A stretch of DNA of 64,000 bases, from assembly GCF_964355755.1 (NCBI RefSeq), contig NC_092678.1, positions 3,054,422 through 3,118,421 on the forward strand, in the 5' to 3' direction. This DNA comes from Antedon mediterranea (Eukaryota; Animalia; Echinodermata). The notes below the pieces were generated by a model. It had not been told where the DNA came from, searched no databases, and worked only from the letters and a program-made list of their open reading frames with translations. The position numbers were made by a program, and so were the translations under genes. This document shows, piece after piece, positions 51,024 to 61,032 of the stretch (position 1 is its first letter; every line of letters begins with the position of its first letter).

Positions 51024-52014
51024 GGCAAACACTTCTAGAATAAATGTGATCGAAATTTATATTTTCAAGTGACAGCATCAATCAATAATATTGATGAATA
51101 TGATGAAAGAAATATAATGAAGAACTTAAAAAAACATACACTTATTAACAATTTATATGAAGATGACAGTTATGCCTACGGTATCCATTGATTATATGCC
51201 TTTACTGTTGTTTTGTTTGACATCTCAGACACCATACAAGTTGACGATAAATATTACCGAAGTGGGTAATACGATATTTGTAATGTTTTGACTGAAGATA
51301 TTTTACTTTTAATTTACTGATAGTGACAGGTAATATCCGTTTTAATTTAAAAAATGATAGTATGTTGGATTCGACACTGAAGTATCTTTTGTCAGTCTGT
51401 CCAAATACTAAAAATTAACTCAATCACGTCGTGACGTCTAATTTGAGTGTATATTATTATTATTGGTACAATAACTTTTATTACGCCATAGTTGCACAAG
51501 AGGTTGATGCGTACGGTGTGTTGGTTTGTGGAAAAAGAGCCGTCACGTTTCCACAGAAAAACTAACATTCACTAATCCGCGAATGATTGTGAGTTACCGG
51601 TATATCATGATGCGACTGTGTTACGGAAGATACCAGAGTAAAAGTATGCAGGCACAAGTAGTTTTGATCATACTATTATAAACAATGTTAAGGAGCATCA
51701 GTTTGGACTTGGCATCAATACGGTACTTTTCAGCATTCTGATAAACTTCAGGATTTTCCATTGCTTTGTAGCTATATTACTGATTTTCTTCAAAGAGAAA
51801 CCACCTTTGCGAACGTCCAGCAGTGGCATTGTCTTTGCCAATGTTCAGTACCACATGAGTGGTTACTTGTTGATATCTTCAGTAAATGCCGTCTGGTAGC
51901 TTGAAGCAGGAGTATTCAGATAAAACAAAAAAGGGTAGCCTACATTTTAATTTTTACTTAAAGCAAGAGTATTCAGCCCCAACTTGAAGATCAAGGAACT
52001 AATACTACCTCAAA

Positions 52015-52869
52015 ATGTTAAACACTACAACATATGAGTGTGAATTTACTTTACATTTCTACTTGTTCTATATCATCATAACATGTTTAATTTTAATCGG
52101 AAACATGTTTGTGATTTACACTGTTAAGACTACACTAGTTCTTCAAACACCTTGTAACATGATTCTTGTCAGTATGTCAGTGGTGGACATTTTGACTGGT
52201 TTTTGGGGTGTGTGGGTACTCATTGAATGGGGCAGAACAGGGCAATTATTCGATGTTGTAACTTTTACTGGTTGGTTGACTTACATATTAGGGTTCACCT
52301 TTATATCCTTTTCACTGCTCCATCATCTAATCATGGTGGCTGAAAGATATATGGCAATCTTATACCCATTTGTATACACAAGTAAAGTTTATAATAGATC
52401 TATGTGTATATTTTTAATATTCTTTTGGATTATCTACCTTTCTATCGTTATGTTAGTTTCCATTTTTAATATTTTCACTGTAGATGATCATTTTTTATTT
52501 GTTGTTCTCTCAACAGTTTCCATTTATTTAGCTGTTATATATTGTCACTTACGAATATATAAAGAAGCGTGGATAATATCACGTAGAATTACATCAGGTC
52601 AAAGTTCAAATGTTAAAAACGACTTAAAAGCGACACGCATAACCGTAATTATGCTTATAGTATTTAGCATTTCTATGCTACCGTATACATGTTTTTGTAT
52701 TGCAAATTTCAATGTTCCATTTGAGCATTTACGGTGCACTATTTTGTTCTATATTAGCCTTTCATCCGGGTATATGAGTTCCAGTTTAAATCCTTTTGTA
52801 TATGGAATATCGCACACAGGATTCCGCAAGGCTTTTAAACAAAATTTGTATAAACTAATTGGAAAATAA
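52015..52869 (+). CDS. Intronless class A GPCR, cluster copy 5 (most divergent)
   Basis: ECEF, IEWGRTGQLF, HHLIMVAERY, PFEHLRC, NPFVY. Confidence 0.9.
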   Translation: MLNTTTYECEFTLHFYLFYIIITCLILIGNMFVIYTVKTTLVLQTPCNMILVSMSVVDILTGFWGVWVLIEWGRTGQLFDVVTFTGWLTYILGFTFISFSLLHHLIMVAERYMAILYPFVYTSKVYNRSMCIFLIFFWIIYLSIVMLVSIFNIFTVDDHFLFVVLSTVSIYLAVIYCHLRIYKEAWIISRRITSGQSSNVKNDLKATRITVIMLIVFSISMLPYTCFCIANFNVPFEHLRCTILFYISLSSGYMSSSLNPFVYGISHTGFRKAFKQNLYKLIGK

Positions 52870-53629
52870 GATCTTTCTTGGTGAATTTATTTCGCAGTAG
52901 GCCTATTTTATTCTGCCACATGTGTTAATAATATGAATATATAGTAGGGTCCCGTGTTGAATTGTTCAATACCAATTCTTTTAATTTAACTTTAAGGAAT
53001 GTATTTTAATGTATTTTATTATTATAATAATGATTATTATCTATCTTATATTGTACATAATAATAGTTTAAAGATGTATTGTCCCCTAAAAGATTAATAA
53101 ATCAGATTTTGTGAATAGGCATTTGTAGTTTTAATAAAGTTAATCACTTCAGCAGAAAAGAAGTTTTCACTTAAAAAGACAAAACAAACAGTTAAATTTA
53201 CCACAAAAAAAAACACATTGGCTGGCAGCCAATTTTACTATTTTTGCTTTAAATTAAAGTTTTGTTGATGGTCAAAGTGAATAACTAAATTATGGAACAT
53301 TAAAATGGCATCATTTAGGAGGACAATATATCTTTAAGTGACTCGATATGTAGGCCTAGCCTAGTAGAATTGTGACAACAAATAGTGTGAAAATTAATAG
53401 AAATTAACATTCTTAATACATTGAATGTGTTATTATTACATAGATAGAAATGGCGAATAAAATCTTGAAATTGGTATAAATCATAACAAAAGTATTTCGA
53501 TGTGGAGAGCCTCTCGACGGTTATTTTTATTTGTAACTTTTAGGTTATCCGGCCTCATTGACTTACTTTTGTATTGTTTTTTTGTACTGTTCTGTTGGCG
53601 AAATAAATGATATGATATGATAATTGATA

Positions 53630-54130
53630 TGGGGGCGCGAATTTCAAGTGACGTCATCACTGTAAAATGAATATTCATGAGAATATCCAGACAGCGCCCT
53701 CAATAATTAATGTTTACATACGGATACGGTTGAGCAAGTGGCACGTGTGATGTGATGTATGTATGTTGTGTTGAACTGGTAAAGAGGCCTACTGGTTTTC
53801 ATTACATTATAATAAATCCAGTAAAATAGTAATGATATAAACAGTAAAATACGCCTATTATTGCCTTTATTTAGAGCCTCTCTCTAAAATGCCAGGCTAC
53901 CTACTATACTTAGTTTTAGCTAAGCCTACCCTACACCGCCTCTCTAGTAGGCTAGGCTAGGTAGGCTAGAGTTATTATAGTTATACACATAGGCCTATAT
54001 AGGCATAGGTAGTGGTAGGTCTACTAATACTACAGATAGGTAATAAAGTAGGCCCTAGCCTTAGGATAGTATAGTAGCCTATAGCTTTTGGCCTAGCCTG
54101 GCGACCGGTTATATTTAGAGTTAGCCGTCC
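53630..54130 (+). promoter_or_regulatory. Probable QNG1 promoter/5' region followed by a TAGGCCTA-rich tract
   Basis: CRE palindrome TGACGTCA at 53649, CACGTG at ~53741, GCGCCCTC at ~53694; TAGGC/CTAG-rich stretch ~53860-54130. Confidence 0.45.
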
Positions 54131-54355
54131 AGTTGAAGGCTTAGACTTTTATTTTAGAGCTAAAGTGTACTATATTAGTATTACTGGTAAAGAGGGATAC
54201 GCCAGCTTCAATAATCATGACTAACAGACTGTGCTGGACATATTGCTAACTAAATTACGAATGTGTATATACAATTATTAATAACTAAAAACCAGAACTA
54301 TTCTATATATTTTACTAAAACGATAAACTACTGTTTGTAACAGAGAAAGAAGAAG

Positions 54356-56762
54356 ATGAGCCACTCAGTTTTATCACCAAGACAATCTGCAAAGTTTATT
54401 TCTGACAACAGCTCAGAAGTGAAGATTAACAACAAAGGTGTTGATAAAGTTGCTGACATAGTATGTACCAAAATTAAAATTAAAGCATACCTCTCTGTCC
54501 CCTTCTTCCATATTTAACTACTTTAATTTCATGTTTGTTACTTAGATTGGCGAAAAGCTACATAACTGTGAGTACAGCATTAAAGCATGGAAACAACATA
54601 GCCTGCATCCACAGAAAATGGAAAAGGAAACAGTTGATTGGTAGGTAGTTGTGGTTTCAAACATGTTGGATCCACCAGAGTGACAATAAAACAAGAAACA
54701 GTTGATTGGTTGGTGTAGTGGTGGTTTCAAACATGTTGGATCCACCAGAGTGACAATAAAACAAGAAACAGTTGATTGGTTGGTGTAGTGGTGGTTACAT
54801 ATTGGATCCACTGGAGTGACAATAAAAAGAAAGAAACGGTTGATTGGTTAGTGTAGTGGTGGTTTCCAACATATTGGATCCACTGGAGTGACAAAGAAGT
54901 ATGTATAAAATGGACATTGTCGCCTAGACCCTTTTAGCATGGTACTACTGAAAGATCTCAACCCCTACTTACCACCATTTTGGCAAACCAGATGTAGCCC
55001 TGGGCGAACACAATAATCCGCACAACCAACCCAGTTAATAATCCTGTGTACTTGCACAACTTTATCTTTAACAGTGGTTTTTTATTTTTCTCAGGATATT
55101 TGTAATCGACACCTTGAATTTCTCATTTTGGTCGGAGACAAATGAGAAAAGATTCTTGGTAGATTACAACAATGAAAAACACAGTGGATACTGGTCACTG
55201 TGTGCTGCCCTCAAGCGGGCACTGGAGGCAAGTCACATGTGTACATCTTACAACAATTAGTGAAAATAGAGAGGTTAAAATAATAAAAAAACTACATTCT
55301 ATTTTGATTTTTTCTAAGGAAGGAATACCAATTACGACGCCATCATGCTATAGTACTATCAGTCTTGGTAAGTTACAGTACATCTTCCGATCAGTTACAG
55401 ATACTAATATACCACTGCTGAAAAAACGAATGCAGCATTTACATGAAGTCGGACAAATCTTAGTTGAGGTAAGTTTTATATATATATATTTTATATACAG
55501 GTTGAAATTATCAGACCGTTAGGATAGAGTGCTCAATACCAAGGTAGAGCATACAAAAATAAATAAAATACCAGCAGAAAACTTGGTTACTTCATTGTTA
55601 TATATATATATTTGAATATCTCTTATTCAATCCATATATGCCATCAATACCTATGACACAACTTCCATGTTTTCTGTCTTGGGTGTCATATGAATTTCGC
55701 ACAATAATATTGAAAAACTACTAATATTTTATGTTTAGAAATTTGATGGAAGTTTTGTAAGATGTCTTGAACAATGTGACAATAGTGTTGAAAAACTGCT
55801 TGATATAGTCACAGAAAATTTCCCTTGTTTTAGAGATTATGCTGAATTCAAGGGGAAGAAAGGTAAGTTGATTGAAAACATTTACTAAATATTTGTTATG
55901 TCTCTGTATATACCTTATTTCTGCATGTATTAGGTCAGCTCCATCCATTTCTAAAAGAAAAAAAAAGAAGGGAACTAGTCATTGAGAAGAGACAGAATGT
56001 GCTTCTCTGGATTGACAATAGTTAATATTTTGTTTATACTATTTTTAGTGTAGGTGATATTTATCTAATAGTGACACTATTTGGGATGAGAACTCTAATT
56101 TTCTACATTGAATTTCAGTATCTTTATTGAAGAGAGCACAAATCTTAGTGGCAGATATTTGGGCTTGTTTTGAGGGTGAAGGGTATGGAAAGTTTCATGA
56201 TATTTCGTCCCTTACAATGTTTGCAGACTATAGGCAAGTATAACAGAATTCTTCATCAGATTTTTTTGGTGGTGCGATTTATTAAAATTTCAAAGTTTAG
56301 AGATTTTCGTAACAAAGTTATATATTACTTTTAGAGTTCCTCAAGTTCTTAACTACTTAGGAGTGTTAGAATATTCTGCTGCCCTCATGGACGATTTAAA
56401 ATCGTCTAGACTCTTTACACCAGGAGAAGATCTTGAAGTGGAAATCCGAGGCAATTCTATTTGGGCTGTAGAGGTACAAGAAATCATTTTTGTTTAAAAA
56501 TATTTAATATTATAAAATAGAAATGAGACTGTTACAGTAAAGAGATAATGCTTGATATTTCTTTTATTTGTGCAATTTTTGTTTTTTTGTTGTTGAACAG
56601 TTGATAATTGATAAGATTCGACAAAAACAAGGTGACAAAGAAGTGGAGGATAGAAACTTGAACGCTGTTATAGTTGACTTTTATCTGTGGGATTTCTCAA
56701 AAGATCATTGGGCTGACATGAAACATATACCAATACACAAGATTCGAAGTACTAACTACTAA
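54356..56762 (+). CDS. QNG1: Queuosine salvage protein / queuosine-5'-phosphate N-glycosylase (C9orf64); exons 54356-54460, 54546-54640, 55095-55227, 55319-55468, 55739-55862, 56119-56233, 56335-56473, 56601-56762
   Basis: [96 protein letters not shown]. Confidence 0.95.
54627..54894. repeat. 68-70-bp minisatellite (~4 copies) overlapping the 3' end of QNG1 coding exon 2
   Basis: GAAACAGTTGATTGGT.GGT..GTGGTTTCAAACATGTTGGATCCACCAGAGTGACAATAAAACAA units start at 54627, 54695, 54765 and 54833. Confidence 0.9.
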
Positions 56763-57204
56763 TACCTTTCTTTCTACCTTGCACTTTGGCAGGAGATTCA
56801 ACCAGCATCCAAGGCACCGAATGCACATCGAAAGTTGACATTTTTAAAATTGAGAACACTTACAAAGTGTCTAGTATAGTAGCATTTAAAAATAGATGCT
56901 GCCTTCATTTTGGTGAACGTGAACAACTGTCTTGTGTCTGATTTTAATTACTTAATTTTCAAAAGTTTTATTTTTGAACTATGTATTAAAGATATTAATT
57001 AGTCCAGAAAATAGACTATAAACTGACATAATTCACTTATTTACACTTTAAAAAGAAAAATAATCATGTATAGAATTATATTTTAAAATGTAAACAGATG
57101 TAATTATTATTTTTTAATATTATATGATATACAATATGAAATATAATAAATACATAATCATAGCAGTAAAGTGTATAGCTTCATTCTTCAGACTTAATGA
57201 CTGT

Positions 57205-57325
57205 TATTTGCCCACCTATGGTAGTGATATGCCCAAATATGGTAGTGATTTTACATCATCATGTCCATATATGAGCACATCACATTTTTTTGTCAAATTA
57301 GTTTGATAGTGTAGACAGAGCTTTA
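57205..57325. mobile_element. Partial MITE, same family as 44967-45100
   Basis: GCACATCACATTTTTTTGTCAAATTAGTTTGATAGTGTAGACAGAGCTTTA right end; internal (C/A)TATGGTAGTGAT repeats; left TIR absent. Confidence 0.7.
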
Positions 57326-58567
57326 TGGCAGGTCATTATGTCTTGTTAATGTGTACGATGATAACTAATAGTATTACTACAGTACATACCAAGTGTGAAC
57401 GGGTACTTAAGTACCAATTGTGTCTTCAGCCTTTGTTCTATTCATTCATTATTAACGAATCTTCCAGTTGTCATAGTGTCATTGAAACAAATGTACAATG
57501 ATGAATGTGATCAAACAGGTATAATGTATGGAATGGTGTGTTCTTCTTATACTTTTTCTATGATATTTACACCGAAATGGAAAATTTTGAACGCCGATTT
57601 ATTATAACACGTTGGTAAGTATTAAATTTAAACTTTTTTTATCCATTTCCACAAGGGTCCATTATGATATCCCCTTTACTAATGGTTCGTTGAAATTAAT
57701 ACTATAGTATAAACGTCCCTATCATATCTTGGCAGAAAATATTTTTTATAGGACCAAAATTAATTAAGTAGACTTCGATTTAATGTTTTTCAGTCAAGCA
57801 ATGTTTCTTTAACCATATTCCAGCCGCACCCTACAGTCAAATGCTTGGTTCCCAAGTACGTAAGCGCGTAACGCAAGTAATTTGACCAATTACGACTAAC
57901 CAAGCTTAAGAAGAGTACAAATAGTATATTTGTAAGACAGTCTTGCGTGTAATTAATGAATGCATCACGAATGTTATTTGATAGGGAAATCATCTTTTAT
58001 GAACTTCTATAAACATTTCCGACTTTGGTCAAACAGAACTATTATTGGGCAATTAAGTATAAATTACAGGTGATTTAGCTATAGATACAATCACAATTAT
58101 TTGTTAACCAGAAGTTTATATCATAAAACAATCAATCATTTCCGTGTCGATCCAAAGTCCTGAAATACAATGAAGTTATTACTATTTATCATGCGTCAAG
58201 TGTATTTGCCTCGGAGAGGCTCATCTACGAGGTACATATTACTTTTCATTTGTTTACACGAGCTGTTGTATTTCTCACATACTCACCGGTAATTTTGGGT
58301 CAGGGTTGGAATGTTATAATGTATAAAAACAAAACGCTACTATATATTTTAACGATCAGTTTGGGAATACAATTGGTATATAAGCTGAAAACAAACCAGT
58401 AGACCTACTGAACCAGATAAGGTAAGTAGGCCTATGCTTTATGTCTTCAGCGTTTAGGCCTATTTACTGATGCTCTCTTTATATAACAATAATAAAGTTA
58501 AATTCTGTTTTATTTCAGAGATTGTTTCACTTCATTGGAGTATTTTGAAAGGTAGTCTGAGCCAAAA

Positions 58568-60082
58568 ATGAGTCGAAATGGAGAAACGTCAAAGAGTGGT
58601 GCTAAAACTACGAATCGTGATGCTAAGTTTGCGAGTCACAAACAAACACTACAGCACACAGTGAGAGCGAAGAAGATAAATGAATCGCATTTGTTCAGCC
58701 TCTTGCGGTCTGTTGATGATCAGAAGAACAGACGAAATATTCAGATTGATAAGGAGGTTGTAGAAGTTGAGAAATTCCTGGAGAAATTGAATAAAGATCA
58801 AGATGAAATTAAGCGATTGAAAATGATAAGAAGGAATACGCAAAGCGCATTAAGTAATAGTCTTCCAGAAACTTCGACGTCACCACCAGCCAAGACTGAC
58901 AGATCATTTGGTAATGTCAATGACACTCAGAAAAGAGAAAGAAAAGAAACTCCTGTAGCAACGAAACTTATAGACTCCTATTACAAATTTGACGCAAATG
59001 GAAAACGCATTGCTGACATTCAGTTAAACAGTTTGAGTTCACCACTTGCTGGATTTAAAGAGTCAAAGGTCGCGTGGGAATATATTACAGATGACTGGTC
59101 AATGTCAGGACTTTCCTTAAAGGACTTCCGAAGGGATAGTGCAAAGTCCTCTAGACATAGTGACACACAGACTGCGAACACGATTGATGAAGTTTCTGAT
59201 CATGGAGGTGATACGTGTATCAGTCCACTCGATGTGCCAATCAAACAATTTGAAGATTCACAACGCGCGCGTAATCATTTGCCTAGCAACAGTACCCCAC
59301 GGAAAGAACAACATACGGTCGGGATGGGGGGTAGAAAAGCATTCAACTCACATTTAAAATCTAAAGATCTATCAAGTGAAAATCGTGAAATTGAATCGGG
59401 TAGAAAAAGTAGTCTGAGGCGTGGAGATAAAAATGGCAGCGGATTGCGACGTGAAGTAACTTTTAATGAGACACCCGATATTCACTTTCCGCATGTTAGA
59501 AGAAAAACATTTCCAGGTGATATGACAAAAAACTTGTCCAGCGATAGTAGTTTATCACCGAATGATTGTAAATATCCGGATTGCATTTATCATAACCGAG
59601 AACATTTATTGTCGACACATAATAAAGAATTAAGTTCACAAGAGTATTGCAAGACGCTTCCCAGAGTCGGTGAGATCACTGGAAAAATGGTTAGAATCAT
59701 TGGAAAAAACAAAGGAACTTCTCCATCTGAGTGGAAATCAAAGAGAGTTGCCATCCCTTTATCTCCTACACCGTCTGATGTTTTCAGAGGTGTAGATACT
59801 AGTGTTAGAAACCGCAATGATCTGGATTTTACAGATCTGAATGTTATGTCGTCTGTTCGAAGGCCAACAAAAGGATCCAACAGAGAGATGATGCTTAGAA
59901 CTAAAGAAGTGAATCTTATCACAACGTTTGCATTGATGAGGAAACGGGTTGCAGATCGTATACCTCAAGATTTCAACAGAAACTATGGAACTCCAACTCC
60001 AAATTGGAAAATATTAAATCCTTTAAAACTACGCCATAAAATTACACATTCTTCCCCTCTTTTTGTGAAATGGAAATTTTAA
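58568..60082 (+). CDS. Uncharacterised 504-aa single-coding-exon protein with an N-terminal coiled coil and a Ser/Arg/Lys-rich, probably disordered body
   Basis: 1.5-kb ORF in AT-rich DNA; AAAAATGA start; upstream 5'UTR intron (GTAAGT ~58422, TTTCAG ~58518); AATAAA at ~60171. Confidence 0.75.
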   Translation: MSRNGETSKSGAKTTNRDAKFASHKQTLQHTVRAKKINESHLFSLLRSVDDQKNRRNIQIDKEVVEVEKFLEKLNKDQDEIKRLKMIRRNTQSALSNSLPETSTSPPAKTDRSFGNVNDTQKRERKETPVATKLIDSYYKFDANGKRIADIQLNSLSSPLAGFKESKVAWEYITDDWSMSGLSLKDFRRDSAKSSRHSDTQTANTIDEVSDHGGDTCISPLDVPIKQFEDSQRARNHLPSNSTPRKEQHTVGMGGRKAFNSHLKSKDLSSENREIESGRKSSLRRGDKNGSGLRREVTFNETPDIHFPHVRRKTFPGDMTKNLSSDSSLSPNDCKYPDCIYHNREHLLSTHNKELSSQEYCKTLPRVGEITGKMVRIIGKNKGTSPSEWKSKRVAIPLSPTPSDVFRGVDTSVRNRNDLDFTDLNVMSSVRRPTKGSNREMMLRTKEVNLITTFALMRKRVADRIPQDFNRNYGTPTPNWKILNPLKLRHKITHSSPLFVKWKF

Positions 60083-60579
60083 ACAAAAAGTTAATGAAAA
60101 TATGGATAAACACCTGTGTTAGTTATTGTAGGCCTACTGTTTAAAAATTATGTGCCAAGTATAATTTAGAAATAAACTTTAAAAAGGCAATCACGTCTTA
60201 TAGAGACTTTCTTTATCATCATCATCATTCTACTCCCATGTGTAAAACAATTATTTGCCATCACTATCACTATTTGAAGAATACAGTGATTTTTATTTTA
60301 CTTTAAATTAACATTCTCATAATCAACATCACCAATCATTATAATATTGGCAATATCTTAAATGGCCATAGTTTTATCAACGTTAATATTACGTAAGGAG
60401 TAGGTGGGTGTGGTCGATTTGTTGATGTTACTGGTCTGTAGTTTAACGAGAGAGGGCGCCAAAACAATCGAGAGTTTAAAAAACATAAGAAAAAACCACT
60501 GTGTTTTTAACGTGAGACTCAGAGGCGCGGCGAGAAAATCATCCTTTCTCCCCCACCTAGGTAACCCGAAATAGGCCAG

Positions 60580-60910
60580 CTTAGGCCTAGGTAAATGTTG
60601 GTCATCGTAAGCAACAAATAACAAGTTATTTCTAAAAGATAAATTGACATTTAATAGTACCTTGAGTTTAAATTGTTATCTAACGCAACAAGTATATCTT
60701 TTATTTAATCGTTATGAATATGAATAAATAATAGGCCTAGGCCTAGGCCTAGCCTAGCCTAGGAAGGAGGCCTAACCTTTTTTTAGAGAGGCTTGACCGG
60801 GCCTGGGAGGCCTTGGCCTAGGCATACCCTAGGCCATCATGTTTTTTCATTCATGTGTTGCCGGGAGAAGAGCATATCAGTTGCACTGTATCCCGACTGC
60901 CTAGGCCTAA
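60580..60910. repeat. TAGGCCTA-rich tract in the probable 5'UTR intron of the kelch gene
   Basis: TAGGCCTAGGCCTAGGCCTAGCCTAGCCTAGG at ~60732 and further copies, between a donor at ~60561 and an acceptor at ~60949. Confidence 0.75.
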
Positions 60911-61032
60911 ATTCTTTTTTTATTGAAAAATGTATTGTTATGATTTCAGAGATTGCAGAATGGAATAAGCTGTGCACCACACCACCAGCAAAAGTCAAAC
61001 CCCACCTTCCAATAATAATCCGACTTTGTTTA

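Noticed and set aside
45654-52869. Cluster GPCRs as protease-activated (tethered-ligand) receptors for the adjacent protease
   Set aside because: Their N-termini are only about 10-25 aa, with no conserved Arg/Lys cleavage site followed by a tethered ligand.
54627-54894. Regularly spaced repeats resembling a CRISPR array
   Set aside because: Units are whole tandem copies with no unique spacers, lie in a eukaryotic intron, and have no cas genes nearby.
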